A DNA stretch of 61,940 bases, filler included, from Sluysia triapertura (GCA_046118255.1; 5 parts of 5 records of this genome joined end to end with filler, not necessarily neighbours in it); one strand, 5' to 3'; positions 1 through 12,797 are shown, numbered from the whole stretch's first letter. The notes: generated by a model not told the origin, from the letters alone. Program-made: numbers and translations.

Positions 1-189
1 ACAATCTTCACCAATTCATAACATGAATGGCCAATGAAATGCGAATTAGATTTAGGATAGCCAATTAATATTGATTGTGTTACTATAATCTAATTGTCAG
101 CCATGTTGGCTGGATTCATATGAAACAAAATTATTATTATTATTATTATTATTATTATTGCGAAGGTCCTATCTTAAAAGAAACCTTAC

Positions 190-890
190 TAGCAAAATTA
201 TGAATGTCTGGAAGAAAATTCGACTAATTAGATACGGTTTATGTCATTAGCTGACGACGGTCTAATTAGACTTAATGAATTACAATGTGTGTGGTGAAGC
301 TAGTGATAAAAACGCAAAAATTAACAACCTTAATTAAACGTTGAAACAGGCTTTTATGGTCTGCCAATAATGAATTGGATTTTATAAGTTAAGATAGCCT
401 TTTTACGGTCTGTCGAATATTTAATGATTTTAAAATTAAATCAGCCTTTTTACGGTCTGATTAAGTTTGGTAAATGATTTTAGATACAAGAAAACTTTAC
501 GATGTAAAGGTTTATTAACTACAAATCAAACTTCAAATAAAATAAAACTTAGACAAAAATTAATAATAAAATTTTAAATATTAAGGTATTGATCCTACCA
601 CAGATTACAATGTATTTTAGTTGAATGTTTAAGTCAGTCTTTTTACGGTCTGACAATAAATTAAAGATTTTAAGTAGGCATTTAGCCCTGTTTGATTAAA
701 ATTTGTACTTGAAAAAACTTATTAAAATAGAATTACTTTTTCATGAAAAAAATCGAGATCTTATAAGAAGTGGAATATTTTAACTAGATAGCTCTTCCTT
801 GCAAATAATTTTATTTTCTGTATTGTGACTGTCTAAAATTTTGTTAATTACTTTGTATTTTTATACCTGTTTTGTGTCACTATCTTGTTT
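190..890. repeat. Structured dispersed repeat, copy 1: long hairpin (~222-270) plus array of bulged hairpins (347, 393, 439, 633)
   Basis: Motif [stem]AG-CC-(N)TTAC-GG-T-CT[stem] recurs at ~47-nt spacing; homologous blocks at ~7.45-8.0, 27.4-27.65, 28.3-28.75 and 50.4-52.06 kb. Confidence 0.75.
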
Positions 891-1212
891 AATTTAAACA
901 ATTTTTTAATTGATCTATTTAAACAAAAGTTTTTTAAAAACAATTTCTCATTTTTATTTGGCTAAATAATAATTTTATTTAGATAATTAATTTATTATTA
1001 TATAATAATAATATTTACAATAAATAACACAAACAATATAAAAGTTAATCAAATCAAATAAATCAGTTTATAATCAAATAAATAATATAAACAAAAAATC
1101 AATCAAATCAGTGTAAACCAAATGAATAAAAATCAATCAAATCAGTTTAAATCAATTGAATAGGTTTTCTTCCTCCAACCTCCAACAATATAATAGAAGG
1201 TGTAGAAGTAAG

Positions 1213-1416
1213 TCAAAGTTCGAAGAAATTACGAAAAGAACCTTTAAAGAATAATCTGTAACCTATTATTTCAGTTCGACAAAGAGCACAATTGGGAAAT
1301 TTTGTGCTGTTAGTATTAAATACGCTTACGATGCATTTATGATCATATTTATGATTACAGGGCAAATTCTCAATATAATATTCACTTAGACAGTTTTTAC
1401 AAATTGGACAATTCAT
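1213..1416 (-). CDS. Small RING-finger protein (degenerate RING-H2), probably retroelement-borne
   Basis: CPIC-x13-C-N-H-K-Y-D-H-K-C-I...CALCR; fifth ligand is D instead of H; lies directly 3' of gypsy pol remnants on the same strand. Confidence 0.6.
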   Translation of the reverse strand: MNCPICKNCLSEYYIENLPCNHKYDHKCIVSVFNTNSTKFPNCALCRTEIIGYRLFFKGSFRNFFEL

Positions 1417-1639
1417 GAATTATAACTTGTTAAATATTGAAAAAAGAGCCACCGAAAGAAAAGTATTAACTTACGTACAAATCCTATGTTTTTCATGATC
1501 GCCGATCATGTACTGACTACACAGCTAGGCTGAGGTCAGTGGACTTCATGTATCGAGATTGAGAATTATGACAACTATAATAATAAAAATGTAAAAAAAT
1601 GTGTTTATACAAATGCGTTATTTCCACCTTAACCTTATT

Positions 1640-2010
1640 TATTCATCCTTATAGAATTCCAGCAACTATTCATTGAATTTATAGGTGCTAAACCAGTAAT
1701 AGGATGAACAACTACATTGTATGTTATCTAATCCAATAATTCATGATGTAGGGTAATTTCTAATAACTACAAATGTAACTATAATTCTTCGGTCCAAAAT
1801 GGCAACTTCGTTTGCTATTATTCCAACCCATGCAATCGACTAACTGACCGTCAGTTGGTCGAATAAATGGCAACTCGTTTACCTTCAATGATATGAATTG
1901 TTGTATGGTGTGCGGGGCGACGATGTCGAGAAGTGCATGTACCGGTATTCCATATATAAAGTTTGTCGAATGTAGGGTTTCCAGCGTTAATAATGGAATT
2001 GGATTAGATG
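1640..2010 (-). mobile_element. Ty3/gypsy pol remnant (aspartic protease and integrase C-terminal fragments, internally deleted)
   Basis: YGIPVHALLDIVAPHTI resembles the retropepsin ALLDTGA motif; ITYNVVVHPITGLAP resembles integrase YNxxxHxTTGxxP; stops and frameshifts present. Confidence 0.65.
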
Positions 2011-4629
2011 TGATTGGACTTTTCTTTTGTCTCGACTTTTGTGTTTCGACCAGCGAAAAATTGAAATAATAATAGAGATTACAGTCCAGCTGAATTCTAT
2101 TATTACTGATACAGTCGAGGGTTTTATTAACTGAAGTGAATAGGTGCATGTTGATTCATTTGTTAAATGGGTTAACTCAATAGATCTTTTTATTGAATTT
2201 ATCATTTTAGTGTGATTATGAGTAACAAAGTATCGTGTGATGTTACATCTCTGTATTGTAGTTGTTATTTCCTTCTAGATGAAATTCATTATCTTCATAG
2301 GAATCAGTTATTTTATATATGAAGTCGTAGTTGGAATTTTAATAATTCCCTAATGCTTGGGACCAAATTTAAAACTACGGTGTTCCTTAAAGATGGATAT
2401 CAATAAGTGGTGTCAATTGTTTACAAGCAATAGGTTGATTTGGTCTAATTACTTCTATTTTTGCATTTATATTTTTGGTTTCCAAACATTTATTTTGAAT
2501 TAAATAAACAGAATAAAATTTAACTTAAATAAAACTTATAAATGCCATTAAATAGAATTATTTGAATGATTATTAAAAGGAAATATCAGTATTGCATAAA
2601 AGCTAAATAAAAATAAGTTTGTGTTGTTGGTATATTCGTATGTTACATTTCGTTTAAAAGTATCTGCTTAAACAGTTCGCAGAAATAAAAATAGAATTCA
2701 AATTATTACGAAATGAAATTCAGTGGTTTCAAGAATATTCTATTAGTTCACTTAAATGACCGGGTTTAATTTAAACCTTATAAATTTCACGAATAAGTTA
2801 ATGCTTGCTGTAATCATTCGTACAAGTTAAAATTCATTGTGAATGTATGCGTTAAATATCTATATTAGTTAAAACTCAATATTATGACCCTTCTTTAAAT
2901 ATTGTTCCATTTTTAATTTTTAACGTGATCTCTGGCTCCATTATAGTTTTTTTATATCTTGAGGTTTTGTCCGTTTTTGTAATTATGTTTATTACTTCCA
3001 GGATATATTCGTGACTTTTACAGATTGGTCATGCGTCACTTATTGTCATAGTTTTAAATTTTTTAAATTCCAACAATTCCGAAATAACTCGAGCTAACAA
3101 ATCATATCCGTCACTTAATCATGATTATCAGGAATTTTCGAAATTTTACCAGAATTTGTAAATTCATACAAAGTTTATTGATGACACGAATAATTGAAAG
3201 GCAATAATTGAAAAGATACTTTGAATCCAATGAATTGTGTACTTTTATTCCTAAAATCGTACTCGTTTAAGATATTTTAAATGATCTAGTAAATGTGGCC
3301 GCATTTTTTCTCATTAAGAAAATTTTCTTAATTACTCATATCTCATTAGCATGTTCGACTTAAATTTAGTAAAGATAACTGAATACGAAATTATAATCAT
3401 AACGATTATTGATAATTAAGTTGCGAATAACTTAAATAAATATTTATCTCATTAAAATATTTCTCTAAAATAAAACCTCTAAACAAAAAGCAAATAAACT
3501 TCCTACTTGTATGAAAATTTATAAGCGTAATCTAGTATTATTCGTGTCTTTATTAGTTTATCATTTACCAGTAATTCACTTCCATCTTGTAAAAAATATA
3601 ATTTACAAGTAAGATAGAAGTAAAATCTTGACATAATGTAAATTAACTAAAATTTACAATAAAAACATTTCAATTAACAAGTGGAAATCAACAAAAAAAA
3701 TTAAACGCCAGCAATCCCATTAAATCTTAAGTCTAATGTCATTAAAGTATCTGGTCCGTTGTTTGAAAATTAATTTGATTGAAACAGTCGGTACTTATTT
3801 AAGGATATCGAAAAATAAGAACAGGCCTAAATGACAATTATTTTTGAATAAACAAACTATTATTCGATTTTATTTGAGTTAAATGTCGTGTGATGACAAT
3901 TCAGATTAATAGAAGGTATTGAAAATTTATTAAAATGTAAATTTATGTTTATCCTGTAATTTTTATAGCTGACACTCCTAAGGTATATTTTTAACATTTC
4001 ATGATGCTTTACTCTAAAACTATTATTGTAACAGTATTTTGTACATTATTTACTTCAAATTAGTTTTTAAGAAGTTTATTTTATTATTCGGTGTGATTAT
4101 CTGAATTTTAAAACCAAAAGTCTTGAATGACTATGAACTTGTTAAAATAAGAATGTAAACTTTAAATGTAAAATACGTGATTAGAGTCAACATATTTTCA
4201 TGTAATTTATTTTTGATTCTTTTGTACTATATTTTTTCTTAATCATACTCACTATGCTTTCATCTGGTTTGTTTCAATTAACAACTATGTATCTAGTTTA
4301 ATTTTATTTCAAATAATATTAATTAGAATGTAATATTAATTTTTAAAATTCAAAATTTATTAATTTAAATAAATATTTAATATTATAAAACTAATTTAGA
4401 CCTATCGATTTCTTGGACTATTTCTATAATGTACATGAACAAATCAAATTTATATCCTCTACAATTCTGTATATGACAAAACATTTAATTACCAATCGGA
4501 ATTATTATATTGATGCAATGACAGAAAAAGTAAGTTTTTATTTCATGATCAATAATAATAATCAATACGCGTGATAATAATTAAACTGATATTTATTTTG
4601 CTTATACATATTTAAGTTTGAGAATATCA

Positions 4630-4658
4630 ATGATGATGATGATGATGATGATGATGAT
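4630..4658. repeat. (GAT)n microsatellite at the 3' end of the REL LINE
   Basis: Directly visible tandem GAT units. Confidence 0.9.
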
Positions 4659-4680
4659 AATAACAGCAAAAATGTATTAA

Positions 4681-6270
4681 TTATTTATAAGTAAAATCTT
4701 CGCCCGAAGGCTGTACAAATAATGATTTTTTCTGCAAACTAGATACTTCTTCAGAATCTTCCTTTGAGTTTTCCTTTGGATTCACAAGGGCAGAATTTGC
4801 TGTATGATCTGGAACACTAACTGGAAGTGGGGTTCTATTGGCTGTAGTTGTTGATTGTCTGATAGTTGGGTACCGGGACAAGACATGATTCATGTAGATT
4901 CTATATGACATTTTTACCATTCCCATAGAAATATCAACAAGCAATTTATTTATGGATGATCTATTGAATTTGAAAGTTCCAAGTATGCTAATATTCTCAG
5001 GATTCATAGTGCCCATAACAGGAAAGATTAAGGTAGCGTTTTTAACCTTACGCCTGACGATTCTGCTAAGATGTAGGGAGAATGATGAATATTTCACAGA
5101 TTCCTATCCTTATGAATGTCTGGATAGGACTCAATTTTATCAAAAGGGGTTTTAACGTCAATAAGAAAGTAACAGTCATTGTATAGAAAGAGTAAGTCAG
5201 GGCGTTTGATGTAGTCAGGAACATCAGGTCGGTTAGAAAAGAGGTCCCATTGAGTATCACAGTTAACATCGATGCCATTATCCCTGAAGAGAGAAGCGAC
5301 AAGTCCAAGTGCTGAGTTGTGGCATAGGGCATTAAGACTGGAATTGAAACGGCAGTGATTAAAAACGTGGGGTGGAGATTCACACTTAAAGGAACATCGA
5401 CGACAGTTAATGGGAAGATTTTCTTTCAAGTTTCGCACAGTGAAGTTTAGAGATAAAGTATTTGTTCGGGCTCTGAGTAAGAAGAAAGTGTCAATATCCG
5501 TTCATTTTAATGGACTTATTCAGAAAACACAAATAGCGATTTTGTGGGCTATTGCACAATGAACAAAAACTAACACGAGTCTTAAAATCAGCAACAGAAT
5601 CAGATTGAGATTTTGGATTATGTGATCTTCGGCCCCTCCGCTACTGGGCTGAATATGCGAAGTATTATTTATGGGTTTAGAATTTTCTTCCATGAGGTAT
5701 CGAGCAGAAGCTAGTTTTGGTAGAGGATTTTTTTGGATGGATTCCTTTTGAGATGGGATGATTTTGGATTTTCGGGCCCCTGCGCTACTGGGCCGCACAT
5801 GCGGAGTATTATTTAGGGGTTTAATTGGTTTGCCTGCGTCCGTAAGATAGCGCGCGGGAGCTGGTTTTAGCAGTTCCTTGGTCTGGTTCAGTTGGGCTTT
5901 GGATCCTAGCAGTTTGATTTTTCGGGCCTCTCCGCTACTGGGCCGAACACGCGGAGTATTTTTTAAGGGATAAGTTGGTCTAGCTGCGTCTATAAGATAA
6001 CGGGCTGGTGCCAGTTTGATCATAGTCTCGGTATGATGCATTTTGGTTTCTGATCCGATTGATTTTCCACTATTGATCCTGAAGCGTGCTTGCTGAGAAT
6101 TTCGCTGCAGATATGGGATCTTCGGAAGATGCGGCGATTGGCTCCAGTGAGACGAGACTTTCCAGATTTGGTTTTGGAATTTGAATTGCAAGGGAACTGA
6201 TTCGTAGAATTGGTCTTGGAAAAACGGTGTTTCTTCATATCTCCAGCGACTCCTACTTTGACGATGATCC
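4681..6270 (-). mobile_element. Internally deleted REL-type non-LTR retrotransposon (R2/NeSL-like): CCHC knuckle plus PD-(D/E)xK endonuclease, no RT
   Basis: FFLLRARTNTL, CRRC-x4-ESPPHVFNHC, HNSAL, RPDLLFL..LIDVKTPFD, then a frameshift near 5095 into KYSSF..IFPVMGT; upstream basic Pro-rich N-terminal region. Confidence 0.85.
5625..6020 (-). repeat. Three ~145-150 bp coding tandem repeats (PARYL...RPSSG) in the LINE N-terminal region
   Basis: Core cgctactgggc..a.gcg.agtatt at ~5640, ~5783 and ~5933. Confidence 0.85.
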
Positions 6271-6614
6271 GTTTTATTTGCTAAATCATTAATTAAATCC
6301 TAAATTTTTAATTGGTTATCTCAGCACTGGTATGTGTGACAAACATAGTTAAAGTTGAAAAACTTAATTTTTCAAAGATAAAAATACGTGTGAATAGTTT
6401 CTTTAAATAGAGCGATTGATTTTGTTCCTAAATTATTCTTACTAGATAAATTAGTATTATTAGATGACTAAGGGATTGGTCTTCATTATATTGTGTGCAT
6501 TAGGAATGGTAGTAAAATTGAAAAATATGAATTATGCAATTTCTCTCTGGTAATTATTTTATATGATTACAAAAATGTTTTAATGCACTATAGTTTAAAA
6601 TTCTGCTTGATTAT

Positions 6615-7025
6615 TTATTGAGGTTTCCTGCTTTTTGGCATTATGTTCATGAAAATTAAAAAATCAGTCTTTGACTGAAGATCGGAAAATTTGAAATTTG
6701 GAGCTTGAATAATGAGTGTTGAAATATTTTGTAAAACTGGCGACCCGATTACTTGAATTTGAACCCAAACTGGTTTGATACGTTCAGTTTGATTTAGTGT
6801 TTCGTTAGTGGATTGAATTTTGTCTGCCTTTAATGAGTTCCAAACCTTTCCGTTGTATTGCATATTGTCATCCGACAAGTACCTAATAAAATTATTTCCT
6901 GGTAAGAAAAATAAATTTGGCACAATTATTGGTTTAATTTGATTTTCCAGATTGTGAATTAACTTAATTGTTTGAAAAAGATTTCTGGCGCATTCACAAA
7001 TATTTGGATTCGATGTTGCATCCAT
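6615..7025 (-). CDS. Hypothetical 136-aa ORF, no recognised domain
   Basis: ATG-initiated open frame in AT-rich DNA only. Confidence 0.25.
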   Translation of the reverse strand: MDATSNPNICECARNLFQTIKLIHNLENQIKPIIVPNLFFLPGNNFIRYLSDDNMQYNGKVWNSLKADKIQSTNETLNQTERIKPVWVQIQVIGSPVLQNISTLIIQAPNFKFSDLQSKTDFLIFMNIMPKSRKPQ

Positions 7026-7449
7026 AAATCAAATTAAGCGGCATGTACATTTGCAATAATCAGTTCGTTAAGTTTTCCAAGAGAATTATTGGAAATATAG
7101 TAACAGCTAATAATAATAAAGTAACTGTTAATCATATTTCAGTCTCACAATGCCAGTAAAACACAAGATGTGAACCAATTGCTCTGTCGCAATTAGTGAG
7201 GCTGTTTGTACTGTACTTAATTAAAGTTAAAGTAAATAATTCTTGTGAATACAATTCATTCATACAAATACTTCAATGGAGATGATACTGCATTTACATT
7301 TGCATGTAAGATTACTGAGTATTTTTTTCGGTTGCTTTTCATCCAAATTTGTTTATATTTGACGGACAGTTACGGCTTGATGAGCAAAGGTACTTTTCTT
7401 TCTAATAAAGATGACATCTAATCATGCCTAATTGCAAGTGTTTTATCAA

Positions 7450-8050
7450 AAAATAGACTTAAAAGCTTATGCTTGCAAAATACCTGAGGGTTAGTTCGCC
7501 TAATATCCACGCTTTATACCAATTCCGGAGACGTTAAAATATTCAAACTTAAATTGTGTACGTTAGTTCCTTAGAGATTCAAATTTTATATCGTTCACTT
7601 TAAAGTAAATTATATTTTTATTACGTTTCACTAGCCTTTTTAAGGCCTAGTGTTGAAAAACAAAGTTACTTTATTAAAAATCAACTCTTAACTAAACTTA
7701 TATTATCAAAAAATGCTTAATAATTACAATATTTATAAACTTAATTAACAAAAATTGTTCAATAATAATATAAATATGATTTTATTCTTCGCTCAAAGTG
7801 TTTTGACGAGTTTTTAAGTTTAAAATTATATTTCGCTAGATCTAGCTCCAAAAATTATTAACTATTTTGAGTATGATTAAAATTACTTGTTTCTTATAGA
7901 CATCATAAACAAAATTGGAACTAAAATTTTTCTTTAAAATTTTCTGAATTTGTACTAAAATTTACCTTAATTTACAGTAAATTGGCTGACGCCATATTAA
8001 AACTTACCTTTATCTAAAAATTAATTAATTAAAACAAATTTACCTAAATT
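7450..8050. repeat. Structured dispersed repeat, copy 2
   Basis: cttgcaaaa..tagttcgcctaata block (7473-7510) and hairpin CACTAG-CC-TTTTTAA-GG-C-CTAGTG at 7629-7652. Confidence 0.6.
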
Positions 8051-8229
8051 GATTTAAAAATTTTTTTATTTTAATATTTTATTTGAATTATTTAAAGTCT
8101 CAAAATTTAATATTTTATTTTCTTTAAATTATTTTATTTCTTAATTTCATTATAATATAGATAATTATTTAAAATATAAAACACAAAATATTACAAATTT
8201 ACAATTATATACAAAAATACAAAACATAA

Positions 8230-9550
8230 AATGAATCAATTGTATCTTGACATTATAGATATATTTCGTTCTCTGTTACAGACGTTATTACTTGTAATGA
8301 GGTACAACTTTTCATTTAATATTATACAATTTTTATTGAGTTGGTTACAACCCTTGTAGCCGCAAAAGCATAAAATAATTCCGTAGTGTTTTTTGTAGAA
8401 AATAAAGCTCTCTTTTATTTTGTTTCTAATATCCTCTTACTTTTCTTCTTCGTAATTGTCGAAGATATGTGGCCTTGGCCAACTACTATTCTCCTCTCCT
8501 TTAATTGCAACAGTAACTTCACTTTTTAGAGTATTGTGTCCATAATCAAGTAAATACATTTTCAGTATTATGATTCTTTGATATTCTATCTTTTATATGA
8601 TACGGATACTTACGCGTGCTTTACCAGAAAGTAAAATATTAAAATAGTATTTAATACAATATGTTGTTGCTTATGCTTGGTAATGTAAATAGAGTTTAAT
8701 TGAATGCATCATTTATTCATTAGTGCGTATTGGCGTTTCAAATTTAATTAAGTGATGATGAAAGTACTGGAGGCTTTCGTACTTTACATATTGTAATCTA
8801 TGAAATATGAAGATAGATTAATCTGTGATCAAACAATCGCAATCATTGGGAAAAGTTATTTAAGTTCCTCAATCATCCCCCATGCAGTTCCGATCAGGTT
8901 CTAAGTGAGTGATACTTCTTACACCTTAACATATTGAAAATGGATAAGGGAAATTCACGTATTTTGGAATTTCGCGAAATATCACATAAATGTTAATCAA
9001 TGTTACACTCTGTTATGAATATCTCATCACTTTTTTATTAAATATTTGCAAAAAAATTCCGGTTATATGCTTTTCACTGCATATCGTCATTAATGTATAG
9101 AGAGAAAATCTTTAAAAATTCAAATAATCTGAGGAATAATAAAGTCAATTTTTTGAGCGAATAGTCCAATGCATTTTTCAAAAATACATTCTTTGATTAT
9201 TTTAAACTCTGAAAAGTTTATGGAGAAAGACGATTCTTATATTGAAAAATAAGTGTCATACGCATGTTCTATTAAAGTATTGTCAATTAGGAGTTATTTT
9301 CTGATGTGGCATAGCTGCTTCTTACTCGTACATGTATGTTCGTAGTATCTACATTGATTATGTATTTCTACCCTAAATCGACATTTTCTTCTCACTGAGG
9401 ATCCAATACTTTGTATCTATTAAAGTCTCTTTATATCTTTTGGTTTATGTGATAATAATCTTGTGACTTTTGAGGAAGCAATTTCTAATTTATATGAATC
9501 TACTGAATCAATGAGGGCTTCTAATTTTTTGCAGAGTAAATGTATAATTT
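8230..9550 (-). mobile_element. Highly decayed gypsy integrase-like remnant followed by a decayed small Cys-containing ORF
   Basis: Weak integrase C-terminal-like translation at ~8.7-8.95 kb; same layout as 1.2-2.0 kb. Confidence 0.3.
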
Positions 9551-10551
9551 TGTTTGGGTAATGTTAGTTTATCAAAAATTAAATATTTCATAATTAACAC
9601 AATCAGAATCTATAAATTGTTTCTCTTAGTTATTTTAATTTAAAATTATCAATTATTTAAACTGTATCAAGTAAAAACAAAAACAATTAATTTATATTAT
9701 GATTCCAATAAAAAATTCATATAATTTATTAATATAAAAAAGGTAACGAATGATTATAATACAATTTTAAAAATTTGGCAACAATTTGCGTGAATTTATG
9801 ATGGCGCGCTTAAAGCTTAATAATTTTCGTGGCAGACATTTTCGAAGAATTTAGAAAAAGACAAATTAGGATGATTTGTTCAAGTTGGATATCATTTAAA
9901 TCAAAAGATGATAAATTACTCAAGTTAACTGATCCTTATATGTTTAGTTTCTTCGAATATGATGTACATATTTTCGATTAACTTGTCCATAGACATTAAT
10001 AATTTATATGTTTAGGTTTTTAACGTAACAATACCACAGAATGACTTCAAATTCATTTATGATATAAATAAGTTAGATAATCTAATTGTAAATTTCCCAA
10101 ATACTAAATTGAGTTTTTACATTCGGAGTTGACTTGATCATTCCACTTCATGTACATAATAAGTTACATGATTAACTTTTAGTTCCTGAATCAAAATGTT
10201 CAAATTTAAAAATAAAATAAATATTGTATAAATGTATATAAAATTAGGAGCAGTTGCTAGTAAAATTAAATCACATGTATTTTTAAACACCTGTGTATTT
10301 TAAAACGTTATAAATAAGCAAACAAAAACGAAATATCGTAAAATTTTTGCGAGTTTTAATTCATTTCACTTTTGGTAATAGAGAAGAAAATATAAACGAT
10401 GAACAAATATAAGATTTATAAAAATTAGTCATGTACATATGTATCAACCCAGTTCCAAGCTTGTAGATAAACTTAAGAACTTCTGTACTTCAACACATAA
10501 GTTCTGCATTGAAAATTATGTCCTTGCCTTTCCTAAATTTGTCTCAACGAG

Positions 10552-12063
10552 TTATAAGGCCAAAAGCGAATTGAATCTCAATCTTGTGGTGAATATTAGT
10601 TGATGAAATAGTTTATTATTGAGGTTCGTAAAGATATTATTCTTATTAGCTGTTAAGTAGTGATAAAATCGTTCATTGAGAACGTTTGTCTTAGAGCTAA
10701 TGACACTTAAAATTTGGCCGTAAAGAAATTTGTTACACAAAACTTTTGGTGGAGGGTCAATATATTTAGAATTTAGTTTACGGAGATGTGAGATAAAATC
10801 TGATACGTTTATTAATATATTATATAATACTACTTGACAATCGAAGTCATTATTAAATTTTAAATTATAGACACGCAAATTAACGCTTAACACATTTATT
10901 TGTATTTTACATAACAGAAAAAGGTATTTAGGATTATTCTTGTTGTTCTTCATCTGGATCTGCCTCCTCGTAGCTTCACGTTTATTGTATATAATTCTGA
11001 AATTAGAATAACAAGATATAACATAATAAATATTTACAAGTGCATATATAGAATCAAGAGTAGTACCTTTTATCTGATTCAATTCATTGGCCTTAACTGG
11101 AAATTCTTCAATGTCACTGAATATCTTCATAACTAAACTAGATAACATCTCTTCTGTTATTTTTATTAGATCATCATAATTAGCATATGTAATATAAAAT
11201 TCACACGTTGTGAATTCCAGGTTATGAGTTAGATCTGCATCTTCATTAAGCCATTGTTTATTAATTTCGAAAACACGAGGAAAGCTGCCAACTGCCAATT
11301 CATTTAAACATAATCTTAGTGCAATTCTCGTGTAAGCATCTAGATAGAATACATAATGGTGAGTTATAAAAGGTTTTGCTGTAGCACCACCAGGAATAAT
11401 ATTCATAGTAAGTGTCTCTACTTCTAAAATCCCCATGTTATCCAAAAACTCTCTAATATGATTAATAACTTCTGGCCTTACTAAAAATGTGTCTCTGCTT
11501 TCTGCTTTAAACATTAAATCTACGTACCTGAGTCTATATAGAGCTTCTTGATCCTTCAATCCAAAACGTTCATGTGGCATTTGTCCCAAACACGGATTGA
11601 GCAATTGTATCGATGTAGCATATATACTATTTTCGTCGTTCTTCGATTTGCCTGGATATCCTTTAACACATATCTGATTGTCTGACTTCATAATTTTACG
11701 CGTAAAATAGGATGATTCCTCTGATTCATAGTCATTTTGTCGTGCAATAAATTGAACCATTTCGCTTCCAAAAACTGTATCAAGAAAATTGAGTTTTGAA
11801 CCACCTTCTCTTTTACTCATCATTCTCCCTGCTAACGACACAAGTTCTCTTGCTTTATCACCGTAATTACACGCCTCGCCTAATTCTAAAGCTGCAGAGA
11901 AAGAACTCTCAACATTATACTCGTGTAGTTGGATTTCAATGCTTTTATTTCTCATATCTCTAATAAACTGCTTGCACTGTTCATTATAAGTATTAGCATC
12001 AACTCCTGCAGTACGTCTAACTTGATTACTTAGTGCGTTTTCTCTTCCGACTTCTTTCTTCAT
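10552..12063 (-). pseudogene. KARS1: Truncated, intronless class II lysyl-tRNA synthetase copy (anticodon OB fold, motifs 1 and 2) fused in frame to a ~190-aa unrelated tail
   Basis: VSLAGRMMSKR, FGLKDQEALYRLRYVDL, LEVETLTMNIIPGGATAKPFITHH, DLTHNLEFTTCEFY; motif 2 FRNE changed to WLNE; similarity stops at ~aa 316 (~11115); motif 3 absent. Confidence 0.85.
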
Positions 12064-12697
12064 CGCTTTTTGTCTTTAGATAATAGTTCTGATGATGAAA
12101 CCACAAAATTTCGTGATTTTTGACAAATTATTTTTTACCAAATATATTTATTAAACCTTTATTATCGCTGCGTAGTCTGCTTTATTTTTAAAAATCTGCT
12201 GCTAAATTTCTTAAAACCAATATGGCCGTCTGTATTAATTTTTCTCTCACTGTTTTTTGATTGCCAAATTTTCTGTTGTGTACTAACTAATGTCTGGTGA
12301 TTTGTAATTTCCTTGTCTGAATTTGTCTACCCAATCAGATCATTGGAAAGTAATTAGTATTTTGTAATGCTGTTATCTGATTGGGTGACATTTGTTAGAT
12401 AGCTTAAGGTGTAGAGAAATGCCAAATTTGTGTCGATGAAATTATTATGTAATATGTTTATGTTACAAATCATCAATACACGTGTTAATAATATCAATAA
12501 TGTTGATGAATGATAATAATAAAAGTGCAAATATTACTAGTTGATATTTGAAATGATAAGTAATAATAATAATAATAAAGTTAGGATAATAATAGTAATA
12601 AATAGTAATAATGTAATAACTGTACTAATAAGAATAATAACAATAATAAATATTAACAAGGTGATACTAAAATAAAATTAAAATGCATAAATCTTTT

Positions 12698-12797
12698 NNN
12701 NNNNNNNNNNNNNNNNNNNNNNNNNNNNNNNNNNNNNNNNNTTAATTAATTAANNNNNNNNNNNNNNNNNNNNNNNNNNNNNNNNNNNNNNNNNNNN
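12698..12797. other. Assembly gap/linker (44 N + TTAATTAATTAA + 44 N)
   Basis: Identical 100-nt structure four times; six-frame stop linker. Confidence 0.97.

Noticed and set aside
251-280. CTGACGA plus hairpin as a hammerhead ribozyme
   Set aside because: No GAAA after the stem, and CTGANGA is not conserved in homologous copies
7629-7652. Histone 3' stem-loop or iron-responsive element
   Set aside because: Loop size, bulge side and sequence do not fit; no histone gene nearby
12742-12753. TTAATTAATTAA palindrome inside gaps as a biological motif
   Set aside because: Identical artificial linker in all four gaps
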